A DNA stretch of 39,492 bases from a virus. Shown one piece after another: positions 22,258 to 29,411 of the stretch. A model generated the notes under the pieces. It saw only the letters and a list, made by a program, of their open reading frames with translations. It was not told the origin of the DNA and did no database searches. Numbering within the stretch: the stretch's first letter is position 1; every line of letters starts with the position of its first letter. The stretch covers positions 1-39,492 of the IMG/VR virus record IMGVR_UViG_3300030419_005136; one strand, 5' to 3'. The position numbers were made by a program, and so were the translations under genes.

Positions 22258-23040
22258 ATGAGCACCCCCACTATCACAGTGTCTGGCGTCACCCTTCCCT
22301 ATATTGAATATCAGCAGCAACCCGTCGTCACTTTCGCCATGATCGACGGCGTACATTCAAAATCCAAGGCGACGGCACGACGCTCATTTCAGCGAAACAA
22401 AAAGCATTTTATTGAGGGTGAAGACTTCTATGCCCTTGATTCTGAAAGGTTGGGACAAATTGTCACTACCTATCCCGACCTGTTTCCGGCGGCAACCACA
22501 CGCCTAACCCTCTTCACCGAAACCGGCTACCTTATGCTGGTCAAATCGTTTACCGACGACCTCGCATGGCAAGTACAGCGCCAGCTCGTCAAAAGCTATT
22601 TCCGCGTCAAAGGCGCGATGCAGCCCACCACCGCCGAGCCCATCCCCACGCCCATCGACCACCGCCAGCGCGAACAGCTCACCAACGCGGCTAACGCCGT
22701 GTTTCGCAATTTCCACGGCATGCGCCAAAGCGCCACCGGCTGGTTTTACAACGGCGTGCGCACCGACTACTGCCTAAAACGCATCGAAGATTTAAGCCAG
22801 GACGACTTCCCGGCGGTGATGGAACGCCTCCAAGCCCTACGCCCCAAGGTGCGCCAATACGAAGATTTTAGGTATGACTTTCAACAGTCGTTTTTAAAAG
22901 AGGTGGTAGGCGAAGGCCAGCCCTACACGGCATGGATCAGCAAGCTAGCCGGTGGCCAACACCACATCGGCCAACGCCCCAACTGGAAAGCGATAGCCAA
23001 GCAAGTGCTAATCCACAACGGCTTACTCACCAAACAGTAA
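22258..23040 (+). CDS. ORF6N/KilA-N domain protein (antirepressor-type DNA-binding protein)
   Basis: ATG 22258 with a GGAGA SD. The N-terminus QPVVTFAMIDGVHSKSKATARRSFQRNKKHFIEGEDFY...LFTETGYLMLVKSFTDDLAWQVQRQLVKSYF fits ORF6N. Confidence 0.6.
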   Translation: MSTPTITVSGVTLPYIEYQQQPVVTFAMIDGVHSKSKATARRSFQRNKKHFIEGEDFYALDSERLGQIVTTYPDLFPAATTRLTLFTETGYLMLVKSFTDDLAWQVQRQLVKSYFRVKGAMQPTTAEPIPTPIDHRQREQLTNAANAVFRNFHGMRQSATGWFYNGVRTDYCLKRIEDLSQDDFPAVMERLQALRPKVRQYEDFRYDFQQSFLKEVVGEGQPYTAWISKLAGGQHHIGQRPNWKAIAKQVLIHNGLLTKQ

Positions 23041-23063
23041 GCCCACCCGCGCCAGCCCACCCA

Positions 23064-23088
23064 AGCCCGCCACCGCGCGGGCTTTTTG
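23064..23088 (+). terminator. intrinsic terminator after the ORF6N gene
   Basis: AGCCCGC-caccgc-GCGGGCT followed by TTTTG. Confidence 0.7.
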
Positions 23089-23102
23089 CTGCCTGAACGC
23101 CT

Positions 23103-23225
23103 GCGTTATAAAACGCTAGCGTTTTAGCGTTTTATCTTGCACCCCTAGCAGCGCTTTTCTATACTAGCGTTATTGCGTGCTAGCGTTATTTAACGCTGTA
23201 ACGCCAGTGCGCAAAAACGCAACGT
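23103..23225. promoter_or_regulatory. array of GCGT/ACGC tetramer boxes (candidate partition site and par operator)
   Basis: The core reads GCGT-tatt-GCGT-gcta-GCGT-tattta-ACGC-tgta-ACGC-cagt-GCGC-aaaa-ACGC (23167-23220). Three more boxes lie at 23103-23130. The array ends 20 bp before parA. Confidence 0.55.
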
Positions 23226-23244
23226 TAGCCAAGGGGAAACACCA

Positions 23245-23895
23245 ATGGGATACAAAATTGCCTTCGTGAGCCAAAAGGGCGGCGTCAGCAAAAGCACCCT
23301 AAGTCGAGCACTCGGCACCACCTATGCGGCGGCGGGCTGGAACGTCAAAATCGCCGACCTCGATATTAACCAGTCCACCTCGTTTACATGGCTGCAGCGC
23401 CGCCTCAAAAGCGGCGTAACGCCCGAGGTGGCGGTGGAAACCTTCGGCACGGTGGCCAGCGCCCTCAAAGTAGCTGACACCTACGACCTAATGATTTTCG
23501 ACGGTGCGCCCCACGCCACCAAAGCCACCGCCGAAGTGGCCCGGCTTGCGGATCTCGTCGTTCTGCCTACCGCGTTAAGCGTTGACGACCTTGAACCCAC
23601 CGTAAGGCTGGCCAACACACTCACCGGCCAAGAGGGCGTACCCATTGAGCGCATCGCCATCGCGCTGAGCAAAGTAGGCAAGAGCAAAACGCAGCTGCAG
23701 GATGCCCGCGCCTACCTCGCCCATACGCCCTATTTTGTACTCGATGGCCAAGTACCCGAGCGCGACGCGTTTGTATTAGCCCAAGATAAAGGGCTGTCGA
23801 TTGTTGAAACCCCCTTCAAAGGCCCGAAGGCCCAAGCGGATGAACTGATACAAAACATCATCAACCGCTTTGAATCACTCGTTCAGTCAGCGTGA
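23245..23895 (+). CDS. parA: ParA/ParF-type partition ATPase (small, type Ib)
   Basis: Deviant Walker A KGGVSKST in MGYKIAFVSQKGGVSKSTLSRALG. 216 aa, with no N-terminal HTH domain. Confidence 0.8.
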   Translation: MGYKIAFVSQKGGVSKSTLSRALGTTYAAAGWNVKIADLDINQSTSFTWLQRRLKSGVTPEVAVETFGTVASALKVADTYDLMIFDGAPHATKATAEVARLADLVVLPTALSVDDLEPTVRLANTLTGQEGVPIERIAIALSKVGKSKTQLQDARAYLAHTPYFVLDGQVPERDAFVLAQDKGLSIVETPFKGPKAQADELIQNIINRFESLVQSA

Positions 23896-23919
23896 AATAA
23901 CGCTAGAACGCTAACACGC
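23890..23919 (+). repeat. degenerate copy of the 30-bp GCGT/ACGC-box repeat between parA and parG
   Basis: gcgtgaaataacgctagaacgctaacacgc. Confidence 0.55.
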
Positions 23920-23932
23920 AGGAGTAAGCAGC

Positions 23933-24175
23933 ATGGCGAAACCGTCACTTAAACCCAGCAGCAAAGGCGCACCACCCACGGCAGCTACCCCCGGCCCGGT
24001 AGTGGGCAACAACACCAGCAAACCGGAAAGCGGCGAAAAGGTGCCGCTGAATTTCCGCGTTGATCCTGAAATGCGCCGGGAGTTTAAAGCGTTTGCCGTA
24101 GAGCATGACATGCAAATGGTGGACGTACTCAAGGAAGCCTGGGCAGCGTATAAGCGGGAAAAAGGGAAGGGCTAA
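23933..24175 (+). CDS. parG: ribbon-helix-helix ParG-like centromere-binding protein
   Basis: 80 aa with an AGGAG SD. It has a flexible basic N-terminus, then VPLNFRVDPEMRREFKAFAVEHDMQMVDVLKEAW (an RHH beta-strand plus helices). Confidence 0.6.
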   Translation: MAKPSLKPSSKGAPPTAATPGPVVGNNTSKPESGEKVPLNFRVDPEMRREFKAFAVEHDMQMVDVLKEAWAAYKREKGKG

Positions 24176-24178
24176 ACC

Positions 24179-24535
24179 ATGGCGATCAACGAAACTGCCG
24201 AGCTTGAACGGCTGATACCCAGCTATGAGCTGGCACTATGCACTATCGCTGGGCGGCTGAATGACAACAACAAATACGCCATGGAAGCGGTGCTGATCGG
24301 CTCGCACCCAAGCGGGAAGGGCGTAACCGCTGCCATCCGTTGCGATGCACGCTGGGGAACGGCCTACGCACTGCAGGAAGCACCCTACAGCACCTATCAA
24401 GACGCGCTAAGCGCTTTTGGCGTCATGCTAGACGACATTACCGCCCGCAACGAAGGCCGCGCAAAATGGAAGGATGAAGCGTGGTGGGAACAGCACCACG
24501 ACGACTTGAAAGCCCGCTATGGCTTTGAGCTATAG
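24179..24535 (+). CDS. hypothetical protein
   Basis: 118 aa, starting 3 nt after the parG stop. No recognised motif. Confidence 0.45.
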   Translation: MAINETAELERLIPSYELALCTIAGRLNDNNKYAMEAVLIGSHPSGKGVTAAIRCDARWGTAYALQEAPYSTYQDALSAFGVMLDDITARNEGRAKWKDEAWWEQHHDDLKARYGFEL

Positions 24536-24613
24536 CACACACTAAAACGCCCACCCGGTGGCTAGGCCGGGCGGGCGTTACGCAACGACATAATACCAAT
24601 GGGGATTACTATC

Positions 24614-24769
24614 ATGTCAGCAACAGAATATACCACGATTGCACGCACACCGTTAAACCAGCTGCATACGCTGCCGCTGCACCTGCTGTGCGCCTACCTA
24701 TACCAATGCCCAACCATCAGCCGCCGTGCGCTAGAACGCATCGTGCGTATCCATGAGGAGGTCGTATGA
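24614..24769 (+). CDS. 51-aa hypothetical protein
   Basis: Below the ORF-track cutoff. ATG 24614 has a GGGGA SD. The stop overlaps the next ATG (ATGA). Confidence 0.35.
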   Translation: MSATEYTTIARTPLNQLHTLPLHLLCAYLYQCPTISRRALERIVRIHEEVV

Positions 24770-25065
24770 TTAATTACTTCCAAGACAACCCAATGGAGGC
24801 GCTAACGCGCCTCATTAAAGCGGCCCAAGGAGACAGCCACCAAAGCCACCACGTGCGTCGATTCCTGCTTGGTTTGTACAACGCTGAAGAATGGCCCTTT
24901 GAAATGAATCGCCTCAGGGCGCTGGATCGTCAGCTGCAAATGGCCTGCTTTCGGGTGTTAGAGCTTGATGTCGTGACATGTGAGCGTGATATACACGAGT
25001 ACCTGGAAAATGGCGGCACTATTTTTCAGCAATTCTGGCAGCAGGAAAGCGCCAGCAGTGATTGA
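24766..25065 (+). CDS. hypothetical protein of a plasmid/ICE-associated family
   Basis: 99 aa. The block VRRFLLGLYNAEEWPFEMNRLRALD resembles a conserved plasmid/ICE accessory family, which I recall only imprecisely. Confidence 0.45.
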   Translation: MINYFQDNPMEALTRLIKAAQGDSHQSHHVRRFLLGLYNAEEWPFEMNRLRALDRQLQMACFRVLELDVVTCERDIHEYLENGGTIFQQFWQQESASSD

Positions 25066-25081
25066 CCTTTTAGCGGCAAGC

Positions 25082-25113
25082 AATAGCCCGGCCAATGAGC
25101 CGGGCTATTTTTA
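25082..25113 (+). terminator. intrinsic terminator ending the rightward operon
   Basis: AATAGCCCGG-ccaatgag-CCGGGCTATT followed by TTTTA. Confidence 0.8.
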
Positions 25114-25125
25114 TGCCTGAGCAAC

Positions 25126-25160
25126 GAAAAAGCCCCAATCCGGGCAGACTGGGGCTTTAT
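25126..25160. terminator. second hairpin, possibly a bidirectional terminator
   Basis: gAAAAA-AGCCCCA-atccgggcagac-TGGGGCT-TTAT. Confidence 0.45.
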
Positions 25161-25326
25161 GTGTATGAGGCATTGGCGTGCCTTCATACAAAGGTAAAAA
25201 CCTATCGATAAAGCTAACAAGAAAAAATTAACACAATGAGCGGCAGGATCAAGCCTGTTTCCTCCTCGCATGTAATCAGGTTAATGACCTGACTAAGCAG
25301 CGGGCCGCGATTGATAACGGTATATA

Positions 25327-25356
25327 AAATTAAAAACCCCACCGGTAAGGCGGGGT
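25327..25356 (-). terminator. intrinsic terminator after the GNAT toxin gene
   Basis: Minus strand CCCCGCC-ttacc-GGTGGGG followed by TTTTTAATTTT. Confidence 0.7.
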
Positions 25357-25364
25357 AGGTTTTG

Positions 25365-25877
25365 CTATCGCAACGATTTAACCAGTGTCAGCTCATCGCT
25401 GGGCAAAGGCTTAAAACCGTATCGCTTATAAAAATCCACCGCATCAGGCAACGCGTTTATCATCAGGGCCACAGACCCCACTAAACGCGACTGATCGGCT
25501 GCAGTTTGCCAAGCAGCCAGTAGCAAACGGCAACCGACCCCCTTGCCTTTTAGTCGGCTATCGACGGCTAAACGCCCTAACGTGGTCACGGGAACGCTTC
25601 GGGGCATGTTCTTTTTTAACTTGCCCATCATTTTTTCGCGGTCCACTGCACCAGATGCAAGCGCAAAATATCCTAGCACTAGCTTTGTGCCTGGGGCGCA
25701 CACTACATAGACCGTAGTAGCACCACTTTGATGGTTGCCTAACGCTTCACTGGCTAAAAACTTATTTAGCGTGAACACGCCACAATCGAAGTGGCTTAGG
25801 TCGTGCTGAGGCGTTAAGAGCTCTGGGGCTGCGACGACGCCCAAATCGGTGTTTTGTTGAGAAGTTTCTGAAAGCAT
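25365..25877 (-). CDS. GNAT-family acetyltransferase toxin (TacT/AtaT/KacT-like)
   Basis: GGAGGA SD. The N-terminus has PELLTPQHDLSHFDCGVFTLNKFL and the acetyl-CoA loop RLAVDSRLKGKGVGCRLL. It pairs with an upstream RHH/DUF1778-like gene. Confidence 0.75.
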   Translation of the reverse strand: MLSETSQQNTDLGVVAAPELLTPQHDLSHFDCGVFTLNKFLASEALGNHQSGATTVYVVCAPGTKLVLGYFALASGAVDREKMMGKLKKNMPRSVPVTTLGRLAVDSRLKGKGVGCRLLLAAWQTAADQSRLVGSVALMINALPDAVDFYKRYGFKPLPSDELTLVKSLR

Positions 25878-26122
25878 GGGTCCTCCGATGCTGGCTGTTT
25901 AATAGCCTCTTCGAAGAACGCGTAGTCGGTTTCATTCAGCATGTAGAATCGTCGGTTCAGCAGTACCTCTTCGGCTTTTCGACATGCGGCTTCCACCACG
26001 AAACTGGTTCGATCTCCCCCCAGCTCCGCTACGGCTCTATCGATCAAGGCGCGTTTTTTAGGGTCAACACGCATATTGAGTGCCAGTGGCTTAGCCACTG
26101 CCTCAGCAGCTGTGCTTTTCAT
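25814..26122 (-). CDS. DUF1778/RHH antitoxin (TacA-like)
   Basis: LNMRVDPKKRALIDRAVAELGGDRTSFVVEAACRKAEEVLLNRRFYMLNETDYAFFEEAI. It overlaps the toxin start by 64 nt. Confidence 0.7.
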   Translation of the reverse strand: MKSTAAEAVAKPLALNMRVDPKKRALIDRAVAELGGDRTSFVVEAACRKAEEVLLNRRFYMLNETDYAFFEEAIKQPASEDPCFQKLLNKTPIWASSQPQSS

Positions 26123-26456
26123 GATGTATGTCCTATCGCTGTTTAAGGGTGTTTCTCTCCTTAGCCTTGCTCAGCAGCTTGTTGCTGCCTGCAAGGCGCG
26201 TTTAGTTTATGGGTTCTGTTGTGCCTTTGGTTGGGTTAGCCATGTGTCATCTCCTTGGTTTTTTAGTAATGGTTTTGCTTTCTTTGCCTGTGTTGGTTGC
26301 CACGATATATAGCAAAATACATGCGGCAACAATTTCAGTATAACATATTATGTAGCTCAAAACTACACAATGTAGCACAGAGCGTTACGCTGCTTTAGGT
26401 ACTCCCTAAGCGCCCACTGGTGGCCCGCCTGATCAATCAGGCGTTTTAGTCAAACC

Positions 26457-26502
26457 CCCACCCAAAACGCCCACCTGCTAAACTGCCCACCCAAAACGCC
26501 CA
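26457..26502 (+). repeat. two 17-bp direct repeats CCCACCCAAAACGCCCA upstream of the serine recombinase
   Basis: Copies at 26457-26473 and 26486-26502, with a 29-bp period. They end 21 bp before the recombinase ATG. Confidence 0.7.
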
Positions 26503-26523
26503 AAACACCGCCAGGGGGAACGC

Positions 26524-27171
26524 ATGTACGTCAGGGGATACCTACGCGCCAGCACGGCAGAGCAGAACGCCCAGCGGGCACGCAGCACGCTAGAACACTT
26601 CGCCGCTGAACATCGCCGTGAGGTAGTGAGCTGGTATATCGAGAATGTGAGCGGCGCTAGCAGCCAGCGCCCGGAACTCAGGAGGCTTCTGGAAGACGCC
26701 AAGCAAGGTGATGTGCTACTGATCGAATCGGTAGACCGCCTTTCCCGCCTGGGGGCGGCAGAGTGGCGGCACCTGCGGGGGCAGATTGAGGCGCTAGGGT
26801 TACGGGTGGTGTCGCTGGACCTTCCCACTAGCTACGCAGCCATGGCCACGCCCAGCCAGGGCGAGGATTTTACCGCCCGCATGCTCGATGCGCTGAATAC
26901 CATGATGCTAGACGTACTCGCAGCGGTAGCCCGCAAAGACTACGACGACCGGCGAACGCGCCAGCGCCAGGGGATAGAGCAAGCAAAGAAGGAAGGCAAG
27001 TACCAGGGAAAGCGGCCCAACAAGGCACTACACCAGCGAATTGAAGCGCTATTGAACGCCCGCGATGGTGAAGGCAAACCGTTCACCACGGCGCGCATTT
27101 GCGAGCTAGCCGGGTGCGGTGAAACCACTGTGAAAAAGGTAAAGCGGGCTATGCGCGAAAAGGCACACTAA
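26524..27171 (+). CDS. serine recombinase (resolvase/invertase family)
   Basis: The catalytic N-terminus is MYVRGYLRASTAEQN. The block VLLIESVDRLSRL and a C-terminal HTH (ARICELAGCGETTVKKV) are present. Confidence 0.8.
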   Translation: MYVRGYLRASTAEQNAQRARSTLEHFAAEHRREVVSWYIENVSGASSQRPELRRLLEDAKQGDVLLIESVDRLSRLGAAEWRHLRGQIEALGLRVVSLDLPTSYAAMATPSQGEDFTARMLDALNTMMLDVLAAVARKDYDDRRTRQRQGIEQAKKEGKYQGKRPNKALHQRIEALLNARDGEGKPFTTARICELAGCGETTVKKVKRAMREKAH

Positions 27172-27440
27172 GCGCCACGTGAACGCCGCTTTCTTACCCG
27201 GCCCTGCAACCGCTGCCACCATTCGCCGGGTAGCCAGATCGACACCCACCGCAATAGCAATTCAGCCCGGCGGGCGTCCGGGTAATCGTCGGGGTAGTGG
27301 GTAAAGTCGCTGGCCAGCGCCAGCAGTTGGGCCTTGCCTTGCTGTTCTACGGCATCGTGGGCGGGGTCAAAGGCAGCATCTAGCAGCACAGCTAACCACG
27401 TGGCCACTTCATCGGCGTTCATTTGCTTGGGGCGGGGCAT
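27168..27440 (-). CDS. hypothetical protein
   Basis: ATG 27440 with an AGGTG SD. 90 aa. Convergent with the recombinase and overlapping it at the stop codons (CTAA). Confidence 0.35.
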   Translation of the reverse strand: MPRPKQMNADEVATWLAVLLDAAFDPAHDAVEQQGKAQLLALASDFTHYPDDYPDARRAELLLRWVSIWLPGEWWQRLQGRVRKRRSRGA

Positions 27441-27483
27441 AGCGGGCACCTGTTAGCGTGACATATTCCCACTATAGCAGCCG

Positions 27484-27768
27484 CTAATCACCCCGGAAAT
27501 TGTTTTTGAGTATCCAGTTATCCGGCGTGCCGGTGTTTTGACGCCGGGCGTGGGCCGCTGCCTGCTGTGATCGGGTGCGGGCAATCACGCCAATGGCCAA
27601 GCGATCTAACCGGCGGCTGCCTGGGTGCTGCACATAACCCACCTCGGCACACGCAGCGCATGGGAAGCGGTGAAAAAGCCCATGCGTAAAGCCGTGGCCG
27701 TTGCAGTGCGTGCAAGTGGTGGCCTGCAGTTGGGCAAGCGTGCGGGGAAGGGAAGGCGGTAGCGTCAT
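27484..27768 (-). CDS. hypothetical zinc-finger protein (CxxCxGxG-type)
   Basis: CTHCNGHGFTHGLFHRFPCAAC. The SD is weak and the region is high in G+C, so coding status is uncertain. Confidence 0.35.
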   Translation of the reverse strand: MTLPPSLPRTLAQLQATTCTHCNGHGFTHGLFHRFPCAACAEVGYVQHPGSRRLDRLAIGVIARTRSQQAAAHARRQNTGTPDNWILKNNFRGD

Positions 27769-27998
27769 GCGCTTAGTTTACCGGGGGTTGTGGGTTATGT
27801 CGCGCTAGCGACATGCAAGCCGCCCACTGAACTATAAACAGGAATTATACCTGCGCGGCGAACGGGCGTTAGCCCGCCCAACTATGCGGCACCCCTTGCC
27901 ACTGCTAAACGGGGTTTGGGGTGGTTTTTAGCGGGGTCCAGGGGTGCAACCCCTGGGACAACCAGCCCGGCAGGGCTGGGCGTCAGTGTAGAGCGGTT

Positions 27999-28205
27999 CT
28001 GCGCTTGCGCAGGCATTTAAAGCCCTTGACCTTGTGCCCTTAAAAGAGCTTCCGCGCTTGCGCGGGCATTGTGGATAAACCCCACGTTAGTGGGGGTTAG
28101 CTGAACCTATTTAATTACATAAGAGAAGCATATTAACGGTGTACAGCTAATTTAATCTCATATTACCTAATTCTATTTTCAAATCACTTAATTTTACATC
28201 TTTAA
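27999..28205. other. candidate plasmid-type origin downstream of repA
   Basis: 14-bp palindromes CTGCGCTTGCGCAG (27999-28012) and CCGCGCTTGCGCGG (28052-28065), each followed by gcatt. Then a DnaA box, an AACCCCAC/GTGGGGTT hairpin, and a roughly 105-bp AT-rich tract with three CTAATTTAAT-like repeats. Confidence 0.5.
28070..28078 (-). promoter_or_regulatory. perfect DnaA box TTATCCACA
   Basis: Plus strand tgtggataa is TTATCCACA on the minus strand. It lies between the palindromes and the AT-rich tract. Confidence 0.55.
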
Positions 28206-28389
28206 AGGGGGTTCGAATCAGCGGCGGGGTTTGGGCTTTCCGGGGGTGTTATCGGGCTTAGATCGGTGAGATTTTGCGCCAGCGCGGCGCTAAAACAGGC
28301 GGGGAAGTGAGGGCAGGGCAACGCTTAACCACGGGCGATGCGCCCGGCGTGGGCGCTATGTGGCGTTTTTAGGTGGGGTTAGCAGCGGG

Positions 28390-29355
28390 CTAGTAACGTC
28401 GCTGCCGGTCTAGCCACTCTTCATACGGCGGGTACTTGATGCGCACCAGCTTGTTCACCTCGGCATGGCTGGCACCGGGGTTATCGCGCACCACCTGGGC
28501 AAAGTAGGCGTTTGCCTCTTGGTTATAGCGGCGCTGCAGTTCTTTTTCATCGTTGGCGTCGGGTAGATCCTTCTTACCCCGGCGCTGCTTCTGCATCGCT
28601 CTGGGGCCGCTGCCTGCCATCGCTAGGCGGCTACGGGCCTGGGCGGCGTCGTACGCCTTGGGGTGCTGTTCGCGGTGCTTACGGCGGGCTTTCTTAATGC
28701 GGTTGCTGCACCAGTCGCGGAACTCCTTAAACTTCTGGTAGCCCACACGCCCCAGCGCCAGCAGAAAATCCGGGTTGAGTAGCTTCACAGCAGGCCGGGC
28801 GCGCTTAGTACCGTCGGCTTTCACCTCATGCTGCAAATGCACCGTAAACGCGCCAGCGAGCTTTAAGCGCCGGAAGGCGCGCCAAAAACGTTGGCTAGGC
28901 TCGGGGGCTTCCGGGGTGCTGCCGGGTGCCAGCAGGCCCGCCACGCGGGCAATTTCCGCACAGCTACGGTGTTTAAAACCACCATCCGCTAGTGGGGTGC
29001 CCACGCGCAAACTGGCGAACTCGGTAAACTGAATGATGGCAGAAAGCACCAGCGACTCAGCAGCGCGGGCCTCAGATCGGTTACAGCGGGGGTTGCCATC
29101 GGCGTTGGCCTTGCCGTTCAGGTTGGCCAGCGTGGGCAATAGGCCGGGGCTGGTGTAGTAGGCTTTGGCACCGTCTACCAGCGCTTGCAGTGTGGCGGGT
29201 AGCCGCCCCTTTTTAACGGGCTGGCAATAGCGCTCAAATTCCCCTTTCGCGGGGTTATGCCCGCACCGGTTACCGGTGCCCCACCACTTGCCGGGGTGTT
29301 CGTATGGCACGCGCCCCCACGTGAGGGGCTGCGCGTTCTCTGCTGCAGCATCCAT
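28390..29355 (-). CDS. repA: plasmid replication initiator, IncFII RepA-like
   Basis: 321 aa from ATG 29355. The central block ...SEARAAESLVLSAIIQFTEFASLRVGTPLADGGFKHRSCAEIARVAGL...RFWRAFRRLKLAGAFTV... and the basic C-terminus are colinear with IncFII RepA as I recall it. Confidence 0.5.
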   Translation of the reverse strand: MDAAAENAQPLTWGRVPYEHPGKWWGTGNRCGHNPAKGEFERYCQPVKKGRLPATLQALVDGAKAYYTSPGLLPTLANLNGKANADGNPRCNRSEARAAESLVLSAIIQFTEFASLRVGTPLADGGFKHRSCAEIARVAGLLAPGSTPEAPEPSQRFWRAFRRLKLAGAFTVHLQHEVKADGTKRARPAVKLLNPDFLLALGRVGYQKFKEFRDWCSNRIKKARRKHREQHPKAYDAAQARSRLAMAGSGPRAMQKQRRGKKDLPDANDEKELQRRYNQEANAYFAQVVRDNPGASHAEVNKLVRIKYPPYEEWLDRQRRY

Positions 29356-29411
29356 TCGCAAAATCTCTGTAGAGACTTGCCCGCGCCTTGTGCAGCAGTT
29401 AAACTCTGGGG

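Noticed and set aside
22067-22261. 64-aa plus-strand ORF in the gap upstream of the ORF6N gene
   Set aside because: It has a non-ATG start, no SD and an Arg/Cys/Pro-rich product typical of out-of-frame GC-rich DNA. The region is better explained as a structured non-coding leader.
14189-23919. Dispersed 30-bp repeats as a CRISPR array
   Set aside because: The copies are kilobases apart, occur in both orientations and are not separated by uniform spacers. No cas genes are present.
25026-25271. 81-aa minus-strand ORF between the rightward operon and the TA pair
   Set aside because: It spans two terminator hairpins and an AT-rich spacer. It has no SD and an implausible composition.
26121-26312. 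Hydrophobic Cys-rich plus-strand ORF (MMYVLSLFKGVSLL...) as a type I toxin-like peptide divergent from the antitoxin
   Set aside because: There is no SD. Its ATG overlaps the antitoxin ATG back-to-back. The T-rich composition of this leader can generate hydrophobic frames by chance. It is left as non-coding leader.
26524-27171. Serine recombinase as a Gin/Cin-type tail-fibre invertase
   Set aside because: It lies more than 3 kb from the fibre genes, separated by the replication module. I saw no inverted crossover sites flanking the fibre C-terminus. A resolvase role is more plausible but unproven.
28205-28222. GGTTCGAATC, a tRNA T-loop-like string next to the AT-rich tract
   Set aside because: The flanking bases do not form a T-stem (GGGGG versus CAGCG). 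No acceptor, anticodon or D arms can be drawn. It is not a tRNA or a tRNA-derived att core.
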